Source: the human T2T-CHM13v2.0 reference genome, Homo sapiens
Assembly (NCBI RefSeq): GCF_009914755.1
Contig: NC_060930.1
Length of the DNA stretch: 64,000 bases
Strand: one strand, 5' to 3'
The first letter of the stretch is position 1. Every line of letters begins with the position of its first letter. Below, one piece after another: positions 1 to 14,570 of the stretch. Below the pieces are notes generated by a model. It was given only the letters and a program-made list of their open reading frames with translations, made no database searches and was not told the origin of the DNA. The position numbers and the translations under genes are program-made.

Positions 1-308
1 ATCTGAGAATGTTTATCCCTACAGCATTTTCAAAATTGGTCCAAAATCTCCATCAGAATCTGTTCTGGAAATAGTGTCATTCCTCAGATAAGTTGTGGTC
101 ATGAGAAGACACAGAATGTTACAGACAGACTTCTCCCAATGCCGTCTGGAGACTGTCCCTTTGAACAAGAAAACTGCTAATTCAAAAAAGTCCCCTGCCT
201 CCCACGGTGGAATGTAAAAGAGAGACACCAGCCACTCAGATGTTTCCTTCGGCTTCCTTTCTGTCCAGTCTGGGGGAAAGAGGGATTCTGGAGAGCAAAG
301 CATTTCTT

Positions 309-557
309 CTTTTTGTTTTCTTTTACGTTCCGGGGTACATGTGCAGGACGTGCAGGTTTGTTACATACGTAAACGTGTGCCATGGTGATTTGCTGCACCT
401 ATCAACCCATCGCCTAGGCATTAAGCCCAGCAAGTCCATATTTTTCCTGATGCTCTCCCTCTCCCTGCCCGGCCCCCCGACAGGCCCCAGTGTGTGTTGT
501 TCTCCTCCCTGGGTCCATGTGTTCACATTGTTCAGCTCCCACTTATAAGAGAGAACA
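309..557 (-). mobile_element. 5'-truncated L1PA 3' end (L1PA8-like)
   Basis: Antisense L1PA 3'UTR (gggtacatgtgcagga..gtttgttacat..ttcagctcccacttataagagagaaca). 17-bp TSD agagcaaag(c/t)atttctt at 292-308 and 558-574. Confidence 0.9.
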
Positions 558-3500
558 AGAGCAAAGTATTTCTTTGTTCTGCACCCAGCACCCAGCTGAA
601 GAGGAGGAGCAGGGGGCACTGAGAAGGGGCATGTCCCACCCTGCCCAGGGTCTCCGGCTGGCACACATTTCCTGGTGATGGGCCAACACCTGTCTTTCCA
701 AGACCTGGTGCCCTCAGATTTCACCAACCTCAAGAAAAGAAAGAGGAAATGTTAAATGCTGTCTAAGGTGTCTGCTTTACCTTACTAAAAGCCTTTATAG
801 GAGATTATTAACTTCAAAAGAAAACTAAACTTATCCTTACTTCTTTCCCTCCCAAGCCCAGAGAAGGCCCACGCTGGGCCTGTCTGCATCATCAGGGGCC
901 CCTGGGAAGGTGGCCAGGCCTTGGTTCCCATGCCTAGGTGCTAACTGACTCTTACACCCACTCTAGAAAAAGAAAGGGGTTTTTTCCTCCCTCAGAAGTA
1001 CATGGCTTCTCTGGGTAAAAATACAATTACTATAGACTTATAGGTAAAGAATTGGAATAAAAGAAGTAGAATATAAGAAACTACACTGCAAATGTGTTAG
1101 CTTCTTAAGGGTCTCCAAACCGCCAAACTTTACCCTTAATGAGAAAATCCTGAACCCAGACAAAACTTCTCCAGTTCTTACGACTTGTTACCAATAAAGT
1201 GTATTTTTCAACATTTAGATGATAATATACAATGATTCCTACACAGATTTAACTGAGCAAAGGGCATGTTTCCATCCCTCCATTTGCATGTATAAATTTA
1301 ATTGATGTGTGTAAATGTAAATGATGTTATTTTTAAATTGTATATTTACTATCAATGCATTGGTTTGGAGACTCTTTTACCTTAAATGGAGTTTTCACTC
1401 TTTGCCCCTCGGGATTTCAGGTCTAAGCCGTAGTCACCAGAGGATTCTCATGCCAGCGTCCCACACCTCCCAACCCTTCTCTAAAAACCACCATTTTCAT
1501 CACATTCTCAAATCTCCCCTCATGGCTCTTGGACTTAGCTGTTTCTCATAGATGTCACCTCAAAATGGCCTTAGCTGCACTGCTCTAGTTCTGTGATCTC
1601 CCATGACCCAAGCTTGGGACTCAGGCCTCTGCCCAAGGCTGTCACTAGATGTTACACGTCCCAGTGCACCCCTGGCCTGGCAGAAAGCACAGGGGCCTAT
1701 TCCTCAGGCTCTCGTAGGCCTGTCCGGAAGAATTCCAGTATTGGAAGGGGTGTGGTGTGGGCATGTTGTACCCCACAAAGAATCCTGGCAGAGAGACAAA
1801 TCCAGGAGGGCACCGCTGTGGAGAGGCCATGCAGACTCAGCTCCAGCTGGCCCTGAAGGGGTGTGTGCTCTCTGCCCCCCGCCTTGTCACTGGAGAGCAG
1901 GAACCTGTCATAGGCCTCTCAGGAGACCCATTGTTGCCCTCCCAAGACCTAAGAGTGTTCGCATAAGTAAGTGCAATGAAGCCTCTCTAGTCCCTGCTCA
2001 CAGTCAGCCTTCTGGAATGGCTCCTGTGCCCTCCTGCCTTCTCACAGCCTGGCCTGTTGGTCTCCTTCACTCTCAGGGACCCTCTGGTCATTGGTCATGC
2101 CTGAATCTTGCTCTCCTGCCTGAACAAGCTCTGCTGCCCTGTTTCCCCTGCTGCCGTTAGCAGCACTTTCCAGTTATGTCATAGGAAAGGAGATTTTGAG
2201 GCTGGCTTCCATTGGAACGGTCAGCTTCTGCCCAAAATCTGAGCAAACCGTCCTGAGGACCAGGCCCATCCTGTGTGAGACCATAAGACATTCCCAGTGG
2301 CCCCAGCCTTCGTCATTTAGTCAGGGCCTGTGATTAACACCACAGAGGCTGTTTGTATAGATCCTTAAAAACAAGCCAGCAAGATGCTGAATTACAGGGC
2401 AGTCCACCCCATCTCTCTGCTCCTTGACATTGCTATACTATAAATTAACGAGGTGTGTCCAAATGAAAATTCAAAACCAAATACATTCGTTAACAATCTA
2501 AAAATAGATGATTCCCTATGTGATTTTAAAGCCTGTAGGCTCTTCGTCCAATGTTGATTCTGTTGGTTTTGCTATAATAAAAACAAGAAAATAATCTTTT
2601 AAGGTTAATAGCTCTGAACAATTAGTATAAATAATCACACACTTGATATTTTCTGCAATATTAATTTCAGAACTGAGCCTCTATTTTGCTGAGCCACAGT
2701 ATACAGCTAACTGAGATTTATTTTTCATTCTCATTTCATCCATGGAAGTGAATCATGATGTTTACCATCTTAGATCAATGTTCCCACAGCCATCTTGACT
2801 CTACTGGCCTGACTTTCAATGGTCATGTCCACAGGAGGCCACAGAGTCTAGCTGTGCTTTATCATCCAGACAAGAAATAGTCTTCCCCTCCTTAAGGCTG
2901 TGCAGAAGACACTCAACAAGTGCTCATTGGGCACACAAGTGGAGCACGACAGTGTTTCAGGTGCTTTAAGAACACTGGCACCCTGATTTTCTTAGTCTCA
3001 GGGCCTAGCACAGTACCTGGTCCACAGGAGGTATTCAATACTTAATTGTGCGTGTTGGTGTAGACACTGGCAGCACCTACACCAACAAATAGTCCCAGGT
3101 TAGAGACTATTCCTGCCCACCCTAGCCGCGACTTACATTTCCAGTTTCCTGTGGAAGCAGGATGAAGCCAATGGACTTAGGTATTGGTCCTGTTCATGGG
3201 GCCATAATAAAACCCCAGACTGAGGACTAAGGCCCAGTGCTTATGTCAGATTCCCTTATCCTTTATCTTTGGAAGGTAAAGGAATCCTATAAACCTTAGA
3301 AGAAATAAAATCTGACCAGATGAGCTTTATCCTGAGAATGTAAGGGTAGTTTAATATTAGTGAATCTATCATTGTAATCCATCACATCGAGAGGTCACTT
3401 AAGAAAAACTTCACCAAATGCTTTCAATGACAAAAAATCATCTGGCAATATGCTGCCTAGATTCTATTAGAAAGATGAAGAAAAGAAGGAAGGATGGACT

Positions 3501-3839
3501 AGTGGACACACAGACACATCTTCAATGTAGTCAAGATGATCTACCTTATACTACCAGTTACTATTAATTGCAAACATTAGAACTCAGAGAAGAATGCTTG
3601 CTATCACAATAACTATTTAACACTCTGCTATAAATTCCAATTAAACGATAAGATAGGAAACAAAAATATACATAATATAAGAGATAATATTTTATATGAC
3701 ATGTTATCAATTATATGTTTTATATTATATACATGAATAGATACAATACAGTGATTTATAAATATTACACACCCCAAAATACCAAGATGTTCTCGTAAAC
3801 TTTGAAACTCACTAACTGCATTCAAGAGTTGTTAATATA

Positions 3840-4127
3840 GGTCGGGCACAGTGGCTCACACCTGTAATCCCAGCACTTTGGGAGGCTCAAGCAAGCAGAT
3901 CGCCTGAGGTCAGGAGTTCGAGACCAGCCTAGCCAACATGGTGAAGCCCCGTCTCTACTAAAAATACAAAAATTAGCTAGGCATGGTGGCATGTGCCTGT
4001 AGTCCCTGCTACTCAGGAGGCTGAGGCAGGAGAATCGCTTGAACCCAGGAGGCAGAGGTTGCAATGAGCCAAGATCTGCACTCCAGAGCCTGGGCAACAG
4101 AATGAGACTCCATCTCAGAAAAAAAAA
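3840..4127 (+). mobile_element. AluS
   Basis: Full dimeric Alu with A tail; 16-bp TSD aagagttgttaatata on both sides. Confidence 0.95.
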
Positions 4128-4231
4128 AGAGTTGTTAATATAAGATAAAGATTCAATAATCAATAGCTTTGTGAACATCAGTAAGAAACAGAGCTTATAA
4201 AGAAAATAGAAAAAAATATATATTCACAAAG

Positions 4232-4286
4232 CATTCATGCCACTGCACTCTAGCCTGGGTGAAAAAGCAAGACCCTGACTCAAAAA
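4232..4286 (+). mobile_element. Alu 3'-terminal fragment
   Basis: catgccactgcactctagcctgggtga..agaccctgactcaaaaa. Confidence 0.8.
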
Positions 4287-5939
4287 TGTGTATATATATT
4301 TTTTTTTTCCACAGAAAAATCCTAAAAATAATCTTAACAATAAATATGTGGTATTTATGAGAAGAAAATTTAAAACCTCCCTGATAGACATAAAAGAATT
4401 AAATGAGTAGAGTGACCCAGCATGTTGCTGCATGAGAAGACTGAGGGCTGTAAAAATACCAATGCTTCTGAAATTAATCTTTCCCTCTATCAGAATCAAA
4501 ACCAAAACATCAATGGGAAGCAGGAAATGGGAAAGTGGAAGAAGTGAAAAATACATCTGAAGCAATGAAACATGCCAATGGCCGGGTAAATTAGGAAGAA
4601 GAGTAATAAGAGAAATCTTACTCTGCCAAACATGAAAACATAAAGCCAATTAAAACAATATGATCCTGGCACAATAATCACTCTGCAGTGACGATTTGTT
4701 GATTACCAACAGAGAAAAAATGGAGAGCCATGAAACAGCCCTCGTACATATGTGAAATTAATGATAAAGAAACCATCACAAATAATGAGGTGGGGAGAAA
4801 GACTATTCAAAAATCTGTACTGAGAGGATTAGCTATTTTCAAAGAGATCAAGTATGAGCTGGAGTTCACCCATCGCACCAACATAAAATCCAGATGTATA
4901 AAAAAGAGTTAAATGTTAAAGACACAGAAAAACAGAGAAAGCAAGGAGGAATGGAGGAAAAGAAAACTAAGGGAAAGGGAGAGAAGAGAAAAGAAAAGTC
5001 ACAAACTCAAACTCAAGGACTGTCTAAGCATAAAAGCAAGGGAAGAAATATTTTTTAAAACAGACAAATAGATCCGACTACATAAAAATTTTCACAAAAT
5101 ATTTTCATCATATTTTTAGATGAAAATCATTGCCAACCAATAAACCAGACAAAAAAACTGCCACTAGTCTGATAAAAGTTATAGATCTCTTATAAATCAA
5201 TAGGAAAAAATACCAATAGCCCACTTTTAAAAATTCAGAGGAAATAAACAGCACCTCAGAGAATGAAAATTCAAATTTCTAAAAACTATACTAATTGGTA
5301 ATCAATGAATATGCAAAATTTTTTAAATTGTGTACCACTTCACTCTATCAAATTGGCAAAATTCATGAATTCTAAAATAAAACAGTAATTTTAATGTAGT
5401 AAATGTGCATGCCATAAAATGGACATTCTCATACACCCCTGAGAAAAATGTAATAGACACAAACGTTTCAAATTGCAACTTGAATATACACATAAATAGC
5501 TTTTGGCTCTAGTAATTACACTTTCACCAATTTATCCTAAGAAAACAATCAGAGATATGGACAAAGATTTATGTACAGGAACGTTAATTATGCACCACTA
5601 TAAATATATAGTGGTGAAAAATAGGACCCGATCTACAAGGGGAAGAAGGGTTAAATTTCTTATGGCTTCTATTGACTATACAATGGAATATAAGCAATAT
5701 AATAGAGCTATGAAAAATCTTACTTTATAAGACTATAAAATGGATTACTCAGAATGTGTGTAAAGACCAAATATGTACACAGACACACAAAGACATAAAT
5801 TGGAAAGAAATACACTAAACGGTAAACAATATCTATTTCTGAGCAGTTGGATCATGGGTAACTTTAATTTCTCCTAATAATTTTCCATATTTTCTAAATT
5901 TTCTAAAATAAATATATATTTAAAACATTGTCATGAGCT

Positions 5940-6190
5940 AATAACCATTCAGTGCTTATTCCATGCCAAGCCCTATTCAAAGTATCTAGTATGTATGATC
6001 TCAATTATCTCCACAAATCTATGCATTATCTAATGCACTCATTATCTAATGAGTGTTTTCATTATTCCCATTTTACTAATTAAGAAACTGAGACCCAGGG
6101 AGAGTAGATAGCTTACCTAAAATCACATTCACCTAAAGTGGCAAAGCCAAGATTCAAGCTCAGATCCTGTGACCTCCACACTAACCATCA
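5940..6190. mobile_element. MIR
   Basis: MIR core-like attcccattttactaattaagaaactgagacccagggag..gccaagattcaagctcaga. Confidence 0.7.
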
Positions 6191-6198
6191 GCCTACAC

Positions 6199-6720
6199 CG
6201 GCAATTCTCAAACATTCCAGGATGGGACCCAGAAAAATAAAGATAGTAAAAACTCTCTTAAAAATCACTGAGGCCCACAGACAGCTTTTGTTTATGTGGG
6301 CTATCTCTATCAATATGTCTACCAATATTTACTGTTTAAAATATTTAAAACTGAGAAATGTTTTATTTAAAAATAACAATGAGAAACCCTTTACATGTTA
6401 ACATAAATTATATACATTTAATTTTAAAAATCACTCTAATTCCAAAACAAAAAATTATAGTGACATTGTCTTATGTTTTTCAAATCTCTTAATGTCTGGC
6501 TTAACAGAAGAGAGCTGAATACTCTTCATATCTGCTTCTGCACTTAATTTATTGCAATATTACATGTCACATAGCATCTGAAAAACTCCGCTGTAAATTC
6601 TTGAGAGAAAGAGAGTGAAAAGTGTTAGAACTATTATCATAATGTTCTGGATCTTGTGAACCTCTTCAACAAGTCTTGGGGACCTCCAAAGATCCTGGAA
6701 CCACACTTTGAGAATCACTG
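6199..6720 (+). mobile_element. hAT-Charlie non-autonomous DNA transposon (Charlie4-like)
   Basis: Degenerate TIRs (cggcaattctcaaa / tttgagaatcactg); 8-bp TSD-like gcctacac / atctacac; internal agcttttgtttatgtgggct motif. Confidence 0.75.
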
Positions 6721-7114
6721 ATCTACACTGAGTTTTTGAAGAAGGATAAACTGACTCTCTAGTATTTACAGCACACTATGCACTCATCACCCCTTCTGAT
6801 GTTTGAAGGGCACCAAGGCAACAGTCCATAGAGGAGGGAGAGGCATTGTGCTCTGACCCGACTCCTTAGCCCAGAGCAGCTTCTAAAATGCCAGTCACCT
6901 CCAAACTACTAGCTGAGCCGCAACGAAAATTTGGGTCAAAATAGAGTTCTGGAACTCTGTTAACCTTGGACACATCAGATCAGAGGAGACAGAGACAGGA
7001 GATTAGACAGGCTGAGCAGAGAGAACCAGCCTCAAGGTGCAGGCGCTGCTGTAGACAATCAGAGGAAATCCATGTAAGAAGCTGAGCACTGTACCACGAA
7101 GTAGGTTGTAACAA

Positions 7115-7600
7115 GTCATTCGTTCATTCATTCATTCAACAAACATTTCTTGATCACCCACCAATTAAAGGAATTGTGCTTAAGGCTGATGCTACAAAGA
7201 GAAAAGGAAAATGCTGAATGAGAGTTAGATGGATGGACATAGGCACAAATGGAGAAACGATCCAGTCACTGCCCTCAAGGAGTTTACTGTCTATTGGAGG
7301 AGACAGACATGTAAACAAGAAATCAGCATGCGGGCAGCCAGTGCTTGAGCTGAGGTGTCCAAATAACAAAATGTGATTTTCAGCAATTGCCCATGTACAC
7401 CATCACCTTGAAGTCTCTGGAAGAAGGCAGGTGGAGGAAGTAAAGATGGCAGGCCCTTCCAGAGGGAGAAGGAATGCTGGCGGGAGCAGGCCCATGCCTG
7501 GAGGCCTATGTCCTGGCTGGATGTGCGGGCACATGGATCATGGTAGGAGCCCGGTCCCTAGAATGAAGTCTGGCCTTGTGGCTTGGTTACAAGGCTAGGG
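7115..7600 (-). mobile_element. L2 3' region
   Basis: Antisense L2 tail (ttcattcattcattcaacaaacattt) followed by ccctcaaggagtttactgtct. Right boundary approximate. Confidence 0.65.
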
Positions 7601-7721
7601 CAGAGACCTAGGTACCAGAACTATGGCAGAAGATGGGAGAATAACAAGTAATCCATTCAACCTGATCTGATGGTAGGTTATCTGAACCCCTGAACCAGGG
7701 CTCCTAACATCCCTTGGCATG

Positions 7722-8310
7722 TGTCTTAGTCTGCTCCAGCTGCTGTAGCAAAAACACCATAGACCAAGGGCCCTAAACAATAAATATTTATTTTTCACCA
7801 TTCTGAGGCTGGAAGTTCAAGATCAAGGCGCCAGCAGATCTTGGTGCCTGGTGAGAGCATGAATCCTGGTTCGCAGGTGGCCAACTACTTGTTGTATCAT
7901 CATATGGCAGAGAGCAGAGAAGCTCTCTTGTTTCCCCTCTCTCTCTCTCTCTCTCTCTTTTGGAGACAGGCTGGAGTGCAGTGGTGCAATCTCAGCTCAC
8001 TGCACTGTCACTGCAGCCTCGACTGTCTGGGCTCAATCAATCCTCCTACCTCACCTCCCTAGTAGCTGGGACTACAGGCATGCACCACTGCACCCTTTTA
8101 ATTTTTTTTTTAAGAGATGGAGTTTCATCATGTTGCCTAGGCTAGTCTCAAACTTCTGGGTTCAAGCCATCCATCTCATCTGTCTCAGCCTCCTAAAGTG
8201 CTGGGATTCCAGGTGTGAGCCACTGCACCCACCCTGGTTTCTCTTCTTATAAGGGCATTAATCCCATCATGAATGCTCCACCTCCATGACCTAATCCCCT
8301 CCCAAAGACT
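7722..8310 (-). mobile_element. MLT1 (MaLR) LTR split by an Alu
   Basis: tgtcttagtctgc..ggctggaagttcaagatcaaggcgccagcagat; resumes after the Alu with cttataagggcattaatccca. Confidence 0.8.
7958..8234 (-). mobile_element. AluJ
   Basis: Antisense diverged Alu with J-type features (ctgcagcctcgac..gggctcaa). Confidence 0.9.
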
Positions 8311-9321
8311 CCATAGCCCAGCCTGCAGGGGAAGGCTAAATGGCCAGGGCAGACAGGGGAAAAGGCTGAAGAGCAAGGACCAGACTGGGGTTTTCCTTTC
8401 CTGCCCCAGCCTCCTCCACCTACCTCCCACTAGGCAGCTCTAAATTGTTAACCACTGTTAGCCTAACCATTGCTAATATTAAGTCACATTAAAATAAATG
8501 AAACAACCATTGCATGCACAGCCCAGAGCCCGGCATGTAGCTGGCTCTACCACATCTAAATCCAATCATTCATTCCTATGACAGCAAATCCCAGACACTG
8601 CAGACGTCCACTAACAGCACCCTACTGTACTTCGATTCCCAAAGCAACAAAGGCTGTCAATGTTCTTCGAGTTGGGGTATAAATAGGGTGAGACAATTTT
8701 CAGTGCTATGTGGGAAGAAGCAACACAATATTCTCAGCCTAAAAATAGTTGGATTTGTCACAGCAGTGTTGTTTTGTTTTATTGTTTTGTTTTATAGAAA
8801 GCCAAGTCAGTTCTTTTGCATTTCTAGGTATAGAAAGGATTTGCAAACTGTAAATACAACCTAATGAGCTCAAATGCTCACCTGTATAGCACTTTTCACA
8901 CCAATCTCCCCAGGTACCTCACCCAGAAACCAGAGCACCACAGGTGTTTGAGAATGTGGCACGTTAAACAAACATATCTCAGGCCACAACCAAAAGCAGA
9001 ACTCCCCAGCCCACTGAGGCTAGAGAGGAAAAAGACTCCATAAACAGCTACTCCCACATGTATGAGTCGACAGTGCTGGCTTGCTGCTACATTCCAGACC
9101 CCTCTCAGGGTCTGCCCCACCAGGAGAGGCACACAGGATGCCTAGCTGTATCAGGGATTCACTATGACAGTAACGAGAGTTGTATTCTCACTGCTTTGTG
9201 AGATGGAAGACCAATCAAAACCATGACAAATAAATACATAAAAAGAAGCTGATCATCAATGGGACAAGGGAAAATCAACTGCCCCAGCCCATCTGGCTTC
9301 TCAGATTTGAAGGCTTTATTA

Positions 9322-9707
<386 letters not shown>

Positions 9708-10769
9708 CTATGGAGATCAAAATATGCCCCCAGGTGATACAGTCATGGACAAAACATCCTGAACCTCGTATTTGAGCTGTGTTTATTTTAAAAAGAAGGG
9801 TGATGTCCAGGCTGCAACTAATGAGAATTGCTGCAAACTAGAAGATCCCACTACTTCCATTATATCTTTCGGCATGACCACAGTCCCCAAATCTCGGCCT
9901 CTTAAAAGCTTAAGCAAAAACATAGAGCCACTTACAGCAGGGAGGGAAGACAGAAGAGAGAAGGAAGAGAAAAACCTGAAGATCAAAAAGATTTTCCTGC
10001 TTTTGAGTGACCTTTATCCGCTCTCTTTCCCAAGGTAAATTTCATCTCTGCTAATCTCAGAGGCTAATATTAAAACTAAATATGACAAACTGCTTCATAT
10101 AACATTTCTCTCTATGTGGCCATCCTCAAGACTGTATATTTACCTAAGAAACTCCCACCGGACTTCCAAATTGAACTAGATCTAACAGCCCAAGAAAACA
10201 GGATTACCGCTATTTACATATGACTTAATCACACTTACAGACTGGTTGTCCTTTAAGCAAAACTCCGTTTTGGCAGATGTGCATAGAAAAAGCCATCAGC
10301 TCCAGGACCTATTCAACATGCTTTCAATTAACTAAAGCTGCAGCACAGTAAATAATACTTCAGGAACCTCAAAGAGAATGCATCTTCCAAAGGGCCCCAT
10401 CTTATTGGAAGTGGAGGCATATTTAGGCACTGGAAACACTTGGCTCAAAATAATTAAAGGAGAAAATGGACTTGGAAAACCTGTTTACTTTAGATCTACT
10501 TCCCGACTTTGACATGCTGTATTAGACCTAATTAAAATTGTGGGTAGATACTCGAGGAAAAGTTTCCTGAAAGATGCAGGAAACCACATTAGATTAGAAA
10601 GAATTTAAGTATTTTCCTTTATGCAGAACTCTGGCTTATATACAAAATTTGGAAGAGTGAAACCAATTCTTGGAGTACTGAATTTAGAGTGGAGGCAAAA
10701 TAGGTTAAATGGGCCTATCCAATTGCAAGAAAAATCTAGCAAAAAAACTAAAAAGTAGAATTAACAAAG

Positions 10770-11083
10770 GGAAGAAAAAGATGAACCTATAGAGACAGTA
10801 AAAGATCAGGGACTCGTGGGGAGGGAAGAATAGTGGAGCACAATTAAAACCACCTTGTATGATACTGTATTGGTGGATTCATGACAGTATGCATTTTTCA
10901 AAATCCGTAGAACAGTAAAACACAGAGGGATCCACAATTAAAAAATGGACTTTAGTTAATAAAACGTATCAATATGGGTTCATCAATTGTAACAAATGAA
11001 GCACACTAATGCAAGATGTTTATAATAAGGAAAGTTTTGAGGAGTGGTATATATGGGAAGTCTACTCTCAGCTCAATTTTTTT
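10770..11083 (+). mobile_element. L1MC/MD-type 3' end
   Basis: tggactttagttaataaaacgtatcaatatgggttcatcaattgtaacaaatg..gtggtatatatgggaa. Confidence 0.75.
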
Positions 11084-11084
11084 T

Positions 11085-11468
11085 GTAATATTCCATTCTC
11101 ACATTGCTATAAAAAAACCCCTGAGACTAGGTAATTTACAAGGAAAAGAGGTTTAATTGGCTCACGGTTCTGCAGGCTGTACAGGAAGCATAGTGGCATC
11201 AGCTTCTGGGGAGGCCTCAGGGAACTTACAATCATGGTGGAAAGCAAAGAAGGAGCCAACACTTCACATGGCCAGAGCAGAAGGAGGTAGGGAGTTGCCA
11301 TACACTTTTAGACAACCAAATCTCACGAGAACTCTATCAGGAGAATAGCACCAAAGGGGGATATCTGCCCGCGTGATCCAATCACTTCCCACCAGGCCCC
11401 ACTGCCAATATTGGGGATTATAATTCGACATGAGATTTGGGTGGGGACACAGATCCGAGTCACATCGT
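11085..11468 (-). mobile_element. MST (MaLR) LTR
   Basis: cacattgctataaa..gaaaagaggtttaattggctcacggttctgcaggctgtacaggaagc..gagatttgggtggggacacagatcc. Confidence 0.9.
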
Positions 11469-12861
11469 CTGTTTAAAAAAATAGGGGGTGGAGCACAGAA
11501 TGGGAGAAAAGGAACACTGAAGTTAGGTTACACGACCAATATAGAATCCAGGTAGGAAAGAAAAATAAGCTATAAATCACTGTTGGTTAGGGTATAAAAT
11601 GCCCAGGCAAGACATAGAGATCAGCCCAGCCGTTAGGTGCCTTATCCATTCTATTTCACCTTCTCCAGGCTTAGCACTGCCTCAGTATACACATGTTCAG
11701 GATCGGGAGGCAGTGCTGTTTTTGCTGTATACTATTAACAGAGCAATAGTAATTATCAATGAGTACACTTCAGAATAAGTCAACAAAAAACTTGTCTCCC
11801 AAAGGTATTTGGAAGAGACACAAACTTAAAATCTATTTTCCTTTGGCCCGAATGCTGATACTTACATTAAGAAACAGAAACAAAATAAGGAAAATGCCTG
11901 TTTGTTGTTTGCGTTGAAGAGTCAGTTTCGTCACATGCCCTGAATTTAAAGACCAGCAATTTAAATAGCTGACACTTCCCTACCTTCCCTGCTGGTTTTC
12001 TGACTTTCTTAAATTCCATATAGGCTGGTGCCATGAGCACTGATACATACTTGGGCCTAAATTAGCCAATTTCATTAAGCATTTTTAGAAATCTAAATTA
12101 AATATATGGCATGATTCAACATTTCCATTATTTTGACCTAATTTTTCTCTTAATTTCAGTTCAAAATTTATTATAAAATCTAGTTAGCCAGTTTTTTCTG
12201 TTTATTAACTATAATAGCTAACACTGAGAGCTTGGTTCAAAAACTAAGCACTGCCCTAAAACACAAGAAACAGCCAAATAGTTCTCTAAATGAGCAATTT
12301 CTGTCTTATTCTCACTGCAGGAGGAGTTTTAAGTGGATGAGAGGAAGCATTTTTCCCTTTCTCTTTCCTCTCTGCCTGGGCATGAGGATGGGGGTTGGGA
12401 TGGGCTTTAGTATCCCTCCTATTTGGGGGACAAAGGAACAGAAGTTGGCCAGGCACCTGGAAGATGACCCTCCCTGGCTTTTGTTTGCAAAGTGTAGTCT
12501 TAGAAGAGAGGTTTCCCAGAAGATGCTGCCGGAGGAAGAGGTGGCTGTACCTGGGCAGATCCAGGTAAGGGGGAAATGAGGATGATGGAGAAGAGTGGGT
12601 TCTGCCAGGGACCAGGTCCATGCACGACTCTGATGAGGCTGGACATGGGTCCTGGAGAGACAGGACACTAAGAACTGATGCCTGAGGAGCCAGGGTAAGA
12701 TCTCTACTTCCCTCCTGCCATAAAAGAACAGAACTGCCAACCTGGGCCAAGACGTCTCATTGACACTGTTGGTGGAAGACTATTAGAGCTCCTTCTCCTG
12801 CTTTCTGGCACTTTGCATGCCTGAAATGTTAGCTGATCCTCCGATGGGAGAAGGCAACCCG

Positions 12862-14235
12862 TGCCATGCTGGAGCTGGCCTCACCAGCTCAGGAGAGCCA
12901 ATTATTAAACTTGCAGGAATTTTGTGAGCCAGTTGTTAAACCCAGCCGTCATTAAAACTTAAATCATATAAACTTACCATTAAATTATATTAAATACAAA
13001 GGCAATAAATACTCAACACTCATTGCTTCCTAAGCGTTTGACTACACTTTACTATTGTCCATGTTCTTGGTGTCATTTACCTTTCACTATTATCTACATG
13101 ATGGAAATGCTGTTACAGGGTGAGATCGTGATTTATCATAAGAAATACATATTTGATCTGCATCCCAGATCCTGTCACAGAGCTCCTAAACCCTTGAAAT
13201 TTCCTATGTGATAGGAGCATCTTTTCTTATTCACAGCAAGCCTCTCTCACCCACACGAGTTTATGCTAATGAGGTGGCGTTTGGAAAGCCTCTAGATAAC
13301 AACACGATTGGGGCTGGTTGCCAGAGGAACCGTCCTTGTGATTCGAGGTTGGAGCTTCCGGCCCCACTCCCAGACCTCCAGCAGAGGAGAGGGATGGGAG
13401 AGTGACTTAGTCACCAAAGGCCAGTGATTTAACCAATCACACCTACACAATGTAGGCTTCGTAAAAATCCCAGGGACAGGGTTCAGAGGGCTTCTAGGTT
13501 GGCAAACAGGTGGAAGTGCTGGGAGGGTGGGGCTCCTCTAAGGGGCATGGAAGCTCTGTGCCCCTCTCCACGCCTTGCCCTGAGCAGTCCTCCATCTGGC
13601 TGTTCCCGAGTAGTATCGTTTTATGATAAAACAGAAATCCAGTAACCAAACTGTTTTCCTGAGTTCTGTGAGCCATTCTAGCAAACGAACAGACCCGAGG
13701 AGGGGTTCATGGGAAGCTCCGATTTACAGCCCGGGTGGGTCAGAGGCACAATGACAGCCGGACCTGCAGCTGCTGTCTGTGGTAGAGGTACCCTCGCAGG
13801 ACTGAGCCCTGAAGCTGGGGGCTCTGATGCTGCCTCCAGGCAGAGTGTCAGGATCAGTGCAGGATGCCCAGTCTGTGTCCACTGAGAAGCATAGAATTTC
13901 TTGATGTGGGGGCAAAAAACCCCAAGTCTGGTGTCAGAAGTGAAGACGTGTAGGCAGAGCAGAGGTTAACGTGAGGAGTCGTCCTCTCCAGGGGCCTGTA
14001 GTTGTGTCTGAATAGCATAAAAAAATTGAAGAAATATTCTTCCAATAATCAAAACTATTATGCAATTCAGTAACAAAGATGTTCCCATCTAGTGATGTTG
14101 TAAACTAGTGAAGCTTTGAAACACATCTTCATTCTTTCATTTTCACACAACTCATTAACATAAATGAAAATATCAACCAACATCAGTATCAAAACTGTAC
14201 TCAGGGAGCCAGTGGTTACACGTTTAGCAACAAAC
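12862..14235. mobile_element. MER63-like hAT DNA transposon, interrupted by MER21
   Basis: Left end tgctggagctggc..gagagccaattattaaa..ggaattttgtgagccagttgttaaa; right end ggagccagtggttacacgtttagca. Confidence 0.65.
13111..13975. mobile_element. MER21 LTR
   Basis: cacagagctcctaaacccttg, gagtttatgctaatgagg, ggggctggttgccagagg, ttttcctgagttctgtgagccattctagcaaa, ctccaggcagagtgtcag. Right end approximate. Confidence 0.85.
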
Positions 14236-14570
14236 CTATCACCGAAGCCAACTGAATAATCCTATTGAATTGCACATCATTTTGGTGAATGGCAATGCCT
14301 TTCTGCTGAGTGTGTTCGGTTTTCGAAAAAAGAACCTTATACATTTCTTGCAAGCGTGGTGGAATATACTCATAAGGTGCCAGTTACACTTTACAACCAT
14401 CTGATGATTCTGGTGTTATCAACCCCACTTAATAGATGAAGTAATAGAGCAGATAAGAAACATCACACAATATTGACTCTAGGTTCAAACCTAAGTTATT
14501 GAAAAGCTGAGTACAGTCACTTGAAAAATATACTTTTCATAACCATTTGAGAAAGTACTCCATAATTTTA

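Larger units (their letters stand above)
3300..5920 (+). mobile_element. Old, degraded L1M (ORF2/3' region), interrupted by Alus
   Basis: A-rich degenerate L1 ORF2-like sequence (e.g. 4340-4480, 4800-4910, 5330-5700). No open frame. Boundaries approximate. Confidence 0.7.

Noticed and set aside
1603-2160. 185-aa ORF
   Set aside because: No recognisable domain; Pro/Cys/Leu-rich composition typical of chance ORFs in GC-rich DNA; overlapping ORFs in other frames.
9932-9976. Tiny minus-strand exon (cag|..|gtaagt)
   Set aside because: Poor exonic donor context (GCT|gt) and pyrimidine-only content; likely chance.
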